A stretch of DNA of 50,072 bases, the filler included, from Bipalium vagum (taxonomy: Eukaryota): assembly GCA_037834085.1 (NCBI GenBank). It is 3 parts of 3 records of this genome, joined end to end, with 100 filler letters (N's around TTAATTAATTAA, not from the genome) between each part and the next. Parts side by side here need not be neighbours in the genome. Positions count along the whole stretch, not along the records: positions 1 to 16,927 come from JBBMKC010085840.1; positions 17,028 to 32,629 come from JBBMKC010157132.1; 1 more part is not named here. One strand, written 5' to 3'. Within the stretch, counting starts at the first letter, position 1. Every line of letters starts with the position of its first letter. Positions 10,587 through 23,300 of the stretch are shown piece after piece. The position numbers and the translations under genes are program-made. The notes under the pieces are model-generated. The model made no database searches and was not told the origin of the DNA. It saw nothing but the letters and a program-made list of their open reading frames with translations.

Positions 10587-13500
10587 TTACATGGTCGATT
10601 TAATAACCCGATATGAGAGTTCTGATTCAAGATGACCATCATTTATTAAATTGTAATGCTGAGAATCATTGAGCTCGTCTTCATCATTCATTGTCAAATA
10701 GTTGTCAGATTGACCGAGTAATTTAGATTTTTGATCTGAATCAATATCTTGAGATGAATCTTGTATGTGATTTTCGTGTGAAGGTGAGACATATTGATCT
10801 GAAGAAATGAAAAGTAAAATCAAATAAATTATTATTAGAATCAAATAGAAAATCAATATGATGTTAATGGTTATTATCTAAACTACGGTAATATAGTTGA
10901 GTTCTTATCCTAATCAGTCTCTCAGACACACCTTTGGTAAACAATAATCTAGCAAGATATGGCTCCAGTTAGATAAACAAAATCCACTTCCTTCAAAACA
11001 ATCAATATGTAACAGACATACTGAACTAATTTTCTAAGATCATAACAAAAACGAAAAACACCAAAAGGAACATCTAAAATTCGATTATCTCTTCAACCAT
11101 CGATTTCAAGTCAAATGGTCAATTTCTACATTTTAATAATTAATTATTTTGCTTAATCTGTTTTTCCGGTAAATATTAACTTAAACAAAAATCAATCAAA
11201 TTCAATAATATTTGTTAATCTGTTCAGTATTATCGAGAAGAAATTCGATAATACAAAAATATATTTCAAAAACAATCTTTCGTTCCTGCTCTGATTATTT
11301 AAACAATAATCATTAATAAATTTAATTATTTCTATTTCATCCCCTCTCAAAGAAATCGTTTTAGGTTTTCCTTTCTTAGCTTCTTCATGTTGTATCTGAC
11401 ATTGAGTGGCCTATCCATTTACGGTACTCTAATTGAATATGTCAACTGCTCAAATAATTGATTCACGTTTGGAACTGGGACGTGATTGGCTTCTTTGGGC
11501 TTAGGATAAATGTAATGGCCTTGTGGTCTCTTCGTAATAAAAATTTAATATATTTAAAATTTAATATTGTGATTAATATATTTATAATTAATTCTTTAAT
11601 TTTCAGAATTTAAATATTTATTTAAAAAAATTAAATTAATTAGTTAAAAATAAATTACAGTTTAAATATTTATTTAAAGATTAAATATAAATAAAAAAAT
11701 TAAAAATATTTTTTATTATCGAATAATTATTATTATTTATTATTTTTTCCCTATGATTTAAACCACAACAAAAATATCTAGAAATCACAAAAATATAATT
11801 AATAAAATTAAATTATAATCCAAACATTAATCCTATTACCAATGGTTATTTGTTAGAGAATTTTAAGATAGAATTTTGATAAATTTTTGAATAATTTTTA
11901 TTTATACAATATAGCTACTTATTAATTGTAAGTAGATAACCTGAATTCTTGGTATACATTATATATACATTACGTCGCACTATGGTTATTTTTCCGCTCA
12001 TAAAGAGATGCAACAATCAAATTATGTAAAAAATAAATGGAAAATTATATTCAACCTTGACTTCTAAATGTTTTGTTTGAATTTTTCACTGGTTCCAAAT
12101 AATCATCAGTGTTGGTGATAACTGATTGATGATCATTAACATTAGTCTTCACTGGTTCCAGATAACCATCAGACTCTTCATTAATTTTACTTGTTTGAGA
12201 TATATGGTGATTCTTGGATTCTTTGATAATGTTTGGAGATGTTTTAGTCTCATTAAATAATGGACTTTGGATTTGTGGAGATCTGATCTTTGGAGATATA
12301 TCTGTTGGATCAGATACATACCGCGGGATCTCATCATTGATATTTGACTGATTACCATTCATACTTCTTAATTTTGAACTATTGCTGTGGCTATTGTTGA
12401 CAGAGTTTGGTGAGTGACCTAATTATTATCATAATATTTATTTCGTAACAGATTGGACGAACTTACTATTTTCGTGAAACATTTTAAATATATTGTTAAT
12501 CTTATTAGTCGTTCTGGTCGGAAGCATATCTTTATCAGACATTGAGTAGAACAAATGAGGTGAATTATGATCAGGAGATATTTTTTTCATATCAGAATCT
12601 ATTGAAGTATTACCATTACTGAGAAGAGGTATTTCGGTCTCTTTATTCTTTGAATCTAAGTCGAATTGGAATCCAAAATAATGATTATTTAAATTCGTCA
12701 TTTCAACATCAGCAGGAGATGGAATTTCATAAGGATCACCCTAATAAAATACAGTTTAGTTAAATATTACTAAAACGAGAGACTTGAGAGGAGGATTTGT
12801 TTATTTAAAAAATTATCGATTAACGGAAATATTAATAAAATTATGAAAAGGTACTTAGATAGAACTTAATTGGACTGTAAATCGTCATAGTTATAATACC
12901 ACCTGTTAAAAGGAAAATGTAATTTAAATATATTTTAATTAAAAAATAGAAGACAAAAAATAAATAGACAATATTTTCAGAAAGGAACAAAAAATATAAG
13001 TGATAAACTTTAACAAAGCTAAACCAGTTTTTATTTCTAATAAAAAACCCCACGTAGAGTAATATTAAATTATAATTAATTATAACCAGGAAATTATTCA
13101 ATCATGATTAATTAATAAAAACGTTACTATTTTCACAAGCAATCTAATCAATTCAACGAGAATTAGGAAAAATAATCAAATTTATCAAAATATTCCTTCC
13201 CTTTTCTCAAATCAAACATTTCCTGCATTCTTAAGCAATATTATTTTTCAATAACAAACCATATTCCTTTTATTTCAGATTTAATAATAAAAATAAATAA
13301 ATAAAATCACGAGGTTTGTTGATATTTTTGTGGAAGTTGATTAAATATATAATCACCACTTTCTGTTGTTTCTTTTCAATCAATGTAATAAATCTGCCGA
13401 AGAAAATCGATTATTTTGCAGAAACTTATGGTGATGGAACAATAGCCGAGAGCTTTTTCAAATAGCTTAGATGCTTTAAATGCAGTGATATTGATTTAAA

Positions 13501-16500
13501 GGAAAGAAAATTTGACTTAGTCTAGGAAGAGTTGACGAGAAGATTGCATGTTAATCAGAGAACTGTACTTCGGTGATTGTATCAGATGGGAAAAATTTTG
13601 AACAGTATGATCAACCGATTCACAATTTGTCTTTCGCATCTTCGTAGACTTGAACATGTCTTTTTGTTTAGAATGGAACAGTACACGAAAAGTGGACATA
13701 TTATTATAATTTCAATAGGAAAAGATCTTGGAGAACTAGGATCTTTAAAACGATAAGGAAGTATTCATAATCACAAGATGAGACATACAGGGAGTGCTTT
13801 ATTATGAACTATTTATTAGGTGTACAACTATGACTCCGGCTTTTTTTTAAAATGATAATAAATTTTGTTTTGCATATATATCGAAATTAAATTGAATTGG
13901 TTTATAAACAAAAATATCATATAAAATAATAATATCACGAGATAGTTGTTTTAATATTCCTTGTTTAAATATTATAACGATTCAAAATGTCAATATTCAT
14001 CCCAAATAAACGACATTTGCGGGAAGTAATTCTACATTACTTTATTTCCAAGAAAACTGCAGTGGAAGCGGAAATTTTTTACAATGAATGTGAAAATAAA
14101 TGGGTACTTGTTTAATGTCTACCCACAAAGATAACGCCAGGACGTAATCTGTATAATATATAGACACACCAATTTAAAAAAAATTATCTACCAACAAATA
14201 TTTTTTTAAAAATATTTTTACTCTTTTGTGAGTAGATATTAGACAAGTTCCAAATGTTCTATTGAATCTTGAGAAGAGTTACAAGTTTCCTGAAACATTC
14301 TTAATGTTCTCTTTTCACTTATCTTATTTCCTCCAATTATATCAAATGATACAATCATAATAAAACTTATTAGACATTTCTGCTTTTATAAAACAGCGTC
14401 AAATCAAAATTAAACATCTTGACTCAGGGTTTATTATATTTCACCCCTCAAATGTATATTAAGATTCTCAAAACTGCTTTATGCGACAGAAAAGCGTAAA
14501 TTTGAATACCCAGATGACACTGTTGTAAAGAAACTCATTATTTTCGAATTATGCCTCACATATAAAATGACTTCTATGGTATAGCATCTCCCCCGTATTT
14601 TGATTGGCTCGCAACAATCGAATAATTAAGACCAAAATTAAGATTAATCAAAAATTAAAACTGATCAAAGTTGTCAATATTATTGAGATGGTTCATAGTT
14701 TTTATTGATTTTTGCATTACATGAGACTTTTTGAAATAATTTGTAGGTCTCTTAAATTGCACAAAGAAAGATGAACACTACTTAACGAAGCACAAGAACA
14801 TCGATATTGGGATTCCCAAAAATGGAATCTCCAAAGATATATATAAAAATTGAGAAAATACAAAGCGATTTATCCGAATATTTTCAGACAAATGCATCCA
14901 TATCAACGAGACAATATCCCAAGACAATTGAATCGTTTGATTACAGGTTCAGAAGGATTCAATTTGCTGAATGGTTACACCAGAATTTTTTTAAATATGT
15001 CATCATATTTGTGATTATTTAAACAAGCATTTAATATATTTTTAATTATAATTTCATTATAATTTTCCATATTTTTAATATATTACTTGATTCTGGTTCT
15101 AGTCGAGACGAAGAATCATGGTATCTTTTTTGCCATCAGTATAGTTCACAACTGAACCCGATTGAAGAGATTTCTTGTGTTAGGAAAGAAAATATCAGGC
15201 TACAGAATTGTAAACATACCACAGAACTTATGGCTGCCAATAACTTATTTCCAGGATAATCACTAACACTCGGTTCATGGGTTTCTTTCAGTACATGAGT
15301 ATATTTTAAATCAAAGCTATGTCAAAAGAAATGTTTTAAATAAATGTTGATCCATATTATATAAAGTTATCCGTCAATTAGTTACTTATCTAATTTAACA
15401 TTTATTTTTGAGTGACCTATAAATTATTTCGAAGATCGAATGTAGTTCGTGCCTATGACAGGGTGTAATTTGCCATGTAGGAAAAATCTATATGTTTCAG
15501 GTTACATGTAATACGGTAAAGTTAAAATAATTTTAACAAATCACTTCTCTTTCCTTAATCTGAGGATATGACTTTTCCAGATATTATTGTTTATTACTTC
15601 AAAAAGGGAAACACGCAGCCGAAACATTTAGAAAGATGAGCAATAATAACGGAAAAGGCTGAATGTTTCAAAATGGTTTACAAAATATAGTTCCCGGGAT
15701 ATCCGCATTTTTCTTCTAGATCATACCATGTTTGGAAGAGATTCTGTTATATTTTTATAAAAAGGTACGATATCAAGACTCCACGTGTATTATCGAATTT
15801 TTGGTCAATAAAATTGAAATGAGTAAATTTTAATAAAAATCTTTACAAAGATGTGCATAGAAAAATAAATGGTATTGAGAACGGTAACAGCTCTAAAAGT
15901 AGAAGATAGTAAAATAATATTTTTGATGAGATTGGTCGAAGTCTGAGCTCAACTACACAAAATTGTATAATTTGATAGCAAAGGTTGAAGAAAATCACCC
16001 AGTTAGGCCAAATAAAATTAAGGTGATATTTCAAAGAGATCATGCAAGATTATACAGACCTGTTAGAACTCCTCATAAATTACACTATGTTTGACGATAA
16101 CTGCTTATACACCCTGCATATTCTCCAGATATTGCATTTTCCTATTATAACTTGTTTCGATCGATTCAGGACTATTTTAATGGAAAAGAGATCGGATTTT
16201 TGATGATTCTCAAACTAGAATGTTTCAGATTCTCTTAATTATTAGGTATTAATTCTACGAGGGTGGATTTATACAGCTACTTCATAGATTCAGATAATTA
16301 ATGACAAAAATGACCAAGACATATATATATCCTCATCCGTGTTTAAATTCATGTATGGATAAGAATTAGAATAGGCAAATAAAAATCTGGTAATAAATAA
16401 TATATTAATAATAAATATTATTATATTATTAATTAATATTTAAATAAATAAAAAGGATGATTACATCATTAAGAATAATAACAAAAACATTACTTACTTT

Positions 16501-16786
16501 AATGCTTAAATATCGACCAGGATTTTTACAATATTCCACAAAAGTTCTCATTAAGCTTTGAAAGTCTGGTCTCAGATTTGGGCTTTCCAACCAGCCTAAT
16601 TGAAACAAATAATTATATGAATATATTCAAAACAATTACAGTTGATCATCACGATGTAGACATCCAAAGAGCAGATTTCAGGCTGCATCAGCCTCCCTCC
16701 TTTCATCACGAAATCAAAAATATCATGAGTAGGCTGATCTTCATACGGTATTTTGCCAAATGTAAATATTTCCCATAGTGTTACGC
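10587..16786 (-). CDS. EGFR: EGFR/ErbB-family receptor tyrosine kinase, 3' part; exons 16786-16640, 16595-16498, 12740-12467, 12418-12056, 10798-10587
   Basis: Spliced translation GVTLWEIFTFGKIPYEDQPTHDIFDFVMKGGRLMQPEICSLDVYIVMINC|WLESPNLRPDFQSLMRTFVEYCKNPGRYLSIK|GDPY aligns to the EGFR kinase C-lobe ([45 protein letters not shown]), with introns at the positions I recall for vertebrate EGFR. The tail contains RYVSDPT (EGFR RYSSDPT). All intron phases are compatible. Upstream exons are lost at the contig join. Confidence 0.9.
11370..11535 (-). mobile_element. Ty3/Gypsy RNase H C-terminal fragment in the last EGFR intron
   Basis: DHKAITFILSPKKPITSQFQT*INYLSS*HIQLEYRKWIGHSMSD resembles TDHK.L....W...L..Y...I.YRKG..H..AD. 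Confidence 0.65.
13816..14070 (+). mobile_element. Mauritiana (Mos1-like) mariner 5' fragment
   Basis: TA followed by TTAGGTGTACAACTATGA (Mos1-like TIR). ATG 13987 gives MSIFIPNKRHLREVILHYFISKKTAVEA, resembling the Mos1 N-terminus MSSFVPNK..LKKTAAE. Confidence 0.75.
14700..15340 (+). mobile_element. IS630/Tc1-like transposase remnant
   Basis: RRIQFAEW segment and FLP.YSSQLNPIEE motif near 15125-15170; heavily degraded. Confidence 0.55.
15560..16330 (+). mobile_element. Degraded mariner transposase remnant
   Basis: N-terminal KG.HAAET and C-terminal LIHPAYSPDIAFSYYNLFRSIQDYFNGK..FYEGGFIQL readings. Confidence 0.7.
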
Positions 16787-16865
16787 CTATTAAGTAAAGG
16801 ATAATTAAGATTTCGATCATTAAAAAAATTTGATTTATTATTATTTTTTTTTATTATTATTGTTA

Positions 16866-16867
<2 letters not shown>

Positions 16868-16927
<60 letters not shown>
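16868..16927. repeat. (TTA)n microsatellite running into the contig end
   Basis: Directly visible. Confidence 0.95.
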
Positions 16928-17027
16928 NNNNNNNNNNNNNNNNNNNNNNNNNNNNNNNNNNNNNNNNNNNNTTAATTAATTAANNNNNNNNNNNNNNNNN
17001 NNNNNNNNNNNNNNNNNNNNNNNNNNN
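16928..17027. other. Artificial contig spacer (44 N + TTAATTAATTAA + 44 N)
   Basis: Symmetric N runs around a 12-mer with stops in all six frames; genes on both sides are truncated here. Confidence 0.92.
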
Positions 17028-17368
17028 TGTCCTTACCACAACGTTGGCAACAAGTAATCGACAACAATGATCATTATTTCTGTGATTAAAATAAATATTT
17101 TGATGTTAGAACTTTGAGTTTTATTTTTTTTCCACAACCCAATAGTAGCGCAAAATATAAAATATTGATTTATTATTAATAATGAAATGATAAATATTAA
17201 TTAATTAAAACAACAATCCATTTTCATAACCTATGCTTTAATTGGAAATGACTTATGAAATACCCTATATATTTTGTGACCGGTGTGGGTTAAGAAAATT
17301 AAAACTCACAAAAAACAATAAAACCTGTTTATTGAATTTACTCGAAAAAAAAACAAGTAGAACCATAC

Positions 17369-20300
17369 ATTTCGCGATTTGATGATTTGCATGGTTGATC
17401 GAACTTTGTCCGATTTGTTGTCATGACTGAAAGAAGAAGCGTAAAGCGATGAATTGCTGGTGCTGCGTGCATTGGATCTATATTGTACTGGGCAATCGAC
17501 GCTGTCGCTACTGGAAGAGAACTGAGAACCGGACGAACTTTCGTTTTTTCCATCAGTTTTGCTCTCTTTAGAAGACTTGGACGCATACTGTTTATAATCC
17601 ATATCGATGAATTGCAGTTCGAGTGGAGGAACATCGCCAGTTTTGTACTTTTGGACGAGCAATATTGCATCCTGTAAACAGCTCAAATGTCACTAGAAAC
17701 TGGGAATAAGAAACTTGATTTTATTTCAGAAGATATTGTCATACTTTAGGAATTTTTAATTTAAAAATTCGATAAAAACTCAATGAAGTGAAAATATTTT
17801 AATTAAAAAAATTGAATAAAATCAATAAATTTTAAAAAACAAGAATTAAAAATCGATTTCTGAAAATTTCCTTTTTGTTGAGAAATAAATAAAATTATGA
17901 AATTGAAACTTGTTGACGTTAATGTGGCGACCACCGATTAATGAAAAGACGTTGTTTAAGCAAATGACTCATTTCTACCTTATCAAAATATTTTATTTCC
18001 CAAATAAGATATTAATAGACCACCAAAAAACTATTGAATTTTTAAAAAAAAAATTAAATTGAAAATAATTAAATAATGAATATTGTTTTAATTTATACAT
18101 TTTATAATAGTAAAAATCTGTTGATAAAAACTTTTGATATTTCTGTACAAAAATAATAATAATTAACCAATAGAAAAAAAATTCAATCAAGTTATGAACG
18201 TTTCTAAAACCATTTTATCTAATACATCCATTAAAAAAAGATACAGTGCTCCAACTAATTATTGCCGCACTTTGAAAATATAATAAATCTTCGATTATTG
18301 TACTGTGCATGAAATATTTGTAAGATTTTAAATAACTTTTGGCTAACTAATCAACTATTTACTTAAAATAAAACTGATTTGTTATAATATATCAGATAAT
18401 TAATTCCAACTAATTTAAAAGTGAAATTATTTAAATCTAATTACAGTAACCGCTCGATATAAGCAATTTTTCGATATAAGCAAAAATTATTAATTTATTT
18501 ATTTTTTAATAATTCTAAGTCTATTTGATTAATATTTATTTATTTACATAAATTAAACGTTCGAAGATTAAATATTAAATTTAAGTACTTCTGTCTGTCG
18601 AATACTAAGATTTTATAAAAAAAATTATTTAGTAAGATGAGTAAAATTGCAAGATTAACCGACACTGAGAAGGGAATGATCTATGTCTACCACGACACCG
18701 GAAAATCTAACAGCTGGATCGGCACTAAGTTAGGGAAGAATGAAAGTAGTATAAGATAGTTTTTGAAGAATAAAAATAAAGAAAAGAAGACATGGGGTCC
18801 TAAGGCGAAGATTTCCGTAGCAACGAAGCCTACCATTATTAGGAATACCAGCAACCAAAGCATAACCTGTGCGAAAATAAAAACGCTATTCAACCGAAAT
18901 TTGTCCATAGAGATTATTAGAAAGATTTTAAATAAATCTGGGACGATCCGGTATAAGATGTTGGTAAAACGACCTTTGAAGCCACAGCATAAAATCAATC
19001 GTGTCTACTGGGCTAAAGAGAAAATGTCGTGGGTCATCGAATGGGACAAGGTCATCTGGAATGACAAGAAGAAGTTTAATTTGGATGGACCTGATGGTTA
19101 CGCATATTACTGGCACGATTTGCGGAAGGAGGAGATATCTTTTTTGAATAGACACACTGAAGGAGGTTCCTTGTTGATTTGGGGTTGTTTCAATACCACA
19201 GGAAGTCGACTCTCGCGATTTTAACCTGCAGGCTAAATCAATTTGTTTATCAAATGCTTTTAGGAGAACATTTACTTCCCTTTATGAATGATTTTGGCGG
19301 AGACAAATTAATTTTCCAACAGGATAATTGTCGATGCCATGTTGCACATTTCACTTCGAAATGGCTACAAGACAGAAATATTGATGTTATGTCTTGGCCA
19401 GATGTTATATCACCAGACCTGAATCCCATAGAAAATCTTTGGGGGATACTAGCACGTCGGGTATATGTTAATGGGTAACAATATGAATCCATTTCAGAAG
19501 TGGAACGAGAGTTAATTCGCTGTTGGGAAGAAATCGATAACAGCGTCTTTTGTAAATATGCGGCAATCAATTATTGGTATTTTTTTAGTTAATTTTTTTT
19601 TAAAAATTTTCGTATATATATACATTAATAGGATGGATATATTGTTATATTATTTATATATAAATATTAATAACTTTGATAGCTTCTACAAACAAAAAAT
19701 ATGCATTTTCTTAGTGTGGCAATAATTAGCACTGTATTAAACGTTTTCAAGGGTCCAGTTTATTTTCATTTAAATTTAGTACATGATTGTTCAGGCACAA
19801 CATTTTATAATATAAATTATGAATAAAACCCATACGTTCCCATTCATTTCAATAGACTCAGATCTGGTCTGACACAAGGTCATTTCAGTTTATTGTAAAA
19901 ATAAATTCTTCGATCTCCAGAGGGTAATAAAATCAACAGGGCACTTTGGAGTTTTTGATTGCACTATAAATTCAAAGTCTCACGATGTACTTAGTAGAGT
20001 TATCAATTGTAAAAAAAATTATTCAGTCTACAGTTGCCTACACGCTAAAACCAACTACCAATTTCAAAGATCTTTGAGTTGATTTATTCCTGATTTAAAG
20101 ATTTACCTTTTTGAATTCAATTTGATATTTTTAAATAAATAATTAAAAATACAAAAATTTTTCTTTCTAAGTAAATCTCGAAGGTAAATTTTGAATTTAA
20201 AAATTTTTACATTAGACCAATTAAAAATATTTTTTTAAATAATTAAAAATTAATAAATTTAATTAATAAAATATTAATTTATAATAATTAATAATATTAA

Positions 20301-23300
20301 ATATTATTCAATTTTTATTATTATTAATTAGATTTCTACGTTAGAGTAATCAAAAATATTTTATAAAATAATTAAATATTAAAATATTAATTAATTAAAA
20401 ATCAATCATATATTAATTAAATATTTAATTAAAAATTAATAAAAATAATTATTATTTTAGAATCAATAAAATATTAATTCTCCAGACAATTTTTCACCTT
20501 TGAAAAATTAATTTGACTTGATGCATCGGAAAATCGTGTAACGGAATAGTTCAGTTTGGAAACCATATCACTAGTGAGCTTCGAAAACTGGGTAGAAAGG
20601 TTCTGTATTAGATTTAGTTTTTGGTCATAAATTTCTTCTCCTTTTTTGGCCCATTGTATGATTTTAAAGTCGAAATGTGACTTTTGTACTTCATTGTAGT
20701 CCCTGAATTCCACGGCATAGTCTTGTTTAGATTGATCGTACTCGTCCTTTCTCGTTTGCAATGTCTGATAAACCTAAACAGAATGTAAATAATTCCTTGA
20801 ATCTCCTTATGTTGTGCTTATTATTTATTATTTGTAATACTTTACTACTTTACCCCATCTAACTGCAGTCTTGACAAGTTCCGATTGTCTTCAGATCTCT
20901 TGTAGTTGTCTTGTGCAACAAGCATTGCTTGATATCTTTCTCTATAACGTTTTAAAGAATTGTCGTACTTTCTTCGCTGTTTAAATAAGTCATCTTCCAT
21001 TTTTCGCCTAAGATAATTTTTGAATATATTATAATTGGTTTAAAATATATAATGTCTGNNNNNNNNNNNNNNNNNNNNNNNNNNNNNNNNNNNNNNNNNN
21101 NNNNNNNNNNNNNNNNNNNNNNNNNNNNNNNNNNNNNNNNNNNNNNNNNNNNNNNNNNNNNNNNNNNNNNNNNNNNNNNNNNNNNNNNNNNNNNNNNNNN
21201 NNNNNNNNNNNNNNNNNNNNNNNNNNNNNNNNNNNNNNNNNNNNNNNNNNNAATAGACGAATAAATTTCTTTTATCAAATGACTTAATCCGGATTTAAAA
21301 GAATGAAAAAAAACCTTAACCGAAATTGCTCTATTAGGAAATCGAAAATTATCATAAAATTACTCGCTAATAGACAAACTGGGGATGTTACCTATAAAAA
21401 CATACTCATATTGTATTTTACTGATATTTAGGAAAGTTGATTGATTTCGATCAGCTTATGATGGTTAAAAATTCTGTTTTAAGACTCATCGTTTCATTAC
21501 ATAAGCAAAATTTTTGAGTTACCATTTTGTGTTAAACAGACGTTACGATCAATTTTTTGTAATAGTCAGTTTGGTTAAGAATTCTTCAGCTGTCTGAAGA
21601 CTTTACTCAGAAGATTATTATGGATGAAGTAAATTGATACAATAGAATAAAAAAATTAAATTTAAATAAAAACCAAGTTTTAGGAAATTTAAACAAAAGT
21701 AAAATTTTACTTTAAATCAACTAATCATAGGTGAACGGTACGTCATACCTATTGAATGAATTTCGCAATTAACGAAATTGGTAATATGCGAATTTTTATA
21801 TAATTTATAAATGGTTATTTTTTCGGTGCTTCGTGTGGCCTTTTTATTAAAAGAATCTTGTTCTTAAACCACTTGCTAATACAGCAGTTTCACTGTATAT
21901 ATTTCATTACTGAAGTATTAATTGGACGACACGAGAGAACAAGTATCATTATTAATTAATGTATAAAGCTTTTAATAGTTAAAAGTTTCATTGAGATTTC
22001 ATTGACAAAGTCACTAAGAATCGATCGTTTAATTCAAGGAATGTAAGTTTTACCTTGATAATCTTTAAGCAATCTTCGAGGTTATGAATGTAAAGGAAGT
22101 AACTGGATCCCTTCTATATTTTGAGAAATTAAAGAAAGATTGGCAGAATAAAATTATAATAAAAATGTAACAATTGGATTTCAGACTTTACAACTAATTA
22201 TCGAACATTTTTATTTTTCACAAATCAATCGAAATTTGTTAAAGGTGTGACAATGAAAGATTTTGTAAAAAGAATAATTAATCGGTTGACCTGCGACTCC
22301 TTTACTTACATTAACTGTAAAACGAGAAAAAACTAATAAATGAATGAATGCTAAAAATACCATTTTATTTATTTATTTAAAATAATCATGAACACGTGAC
22401 AGCGAAATGTATCATTTAAACAGATTTCCCTAAAAGTTATAGCACTAAAAATTCTTGTAAAAAATTACATAAAAACTGAAGAAGAAAGAAATAAAAAGTC
22501 CACTATCTGTTTTCCAATAGAATCTCTAACGAAATACCTTTACAAAGTAAACAAAGTCAAAATAAATATTATTAAAATATGTTTAGAAACATTGCCTTGT
22601 ACAGGTTAGAGACAGCTTTTAAAATTGTAATAAAATTAATCAATATTTAAACCAGACAATTTAAATTATGAGACAAATATCCTCACGGTTGTGAGAAAAC
22701 CGGCTCTATATTAATTATCTTATATTATATTATATATTATAATAAATTGATGTATTATTATTATCATTATATTATTATTTGATGTTTTTTTTATTAATAT
22801 TCATATTTATTAATAATTTAATTAATTTCGAGTAATAAAATCAATGAATATTGTGTTTGATTTTAAATAAAAGGCGAAAAATAGTAAGGCACAAGTAATC
22901 AATAGAAAATCAATATTTTGTTCATATTTATAATAATAGTCAGAATATTTAAGAACTCATAAGACCATTCAATGTCAACTGCTTACCAATCAACAAGCTT
23001 TACTAGACCTCAGTTCAGAAAATGATGAATTAATAATTGAACTGAAAAGTGAAGCCACAAAATTGAAATTCTTGATTACAGGATCAATAACTATTTTCCA
23101 AAGAATTTCTTTTACTTCTCATTCAAAGTTATGTCCATTTAAAACACCATAATACCTTTTTTCAATCCTTTATAGCTATTTAAATAAAAATCATAGTTTG
23201 AATGCACTAAAACTTTTTTTTAAAAATAATTTTTCATAAAAAATGCGTAAAATGTAATTTTTATTTATTTTTGAAAAATATAAAACCTTAAAAGAAATCA

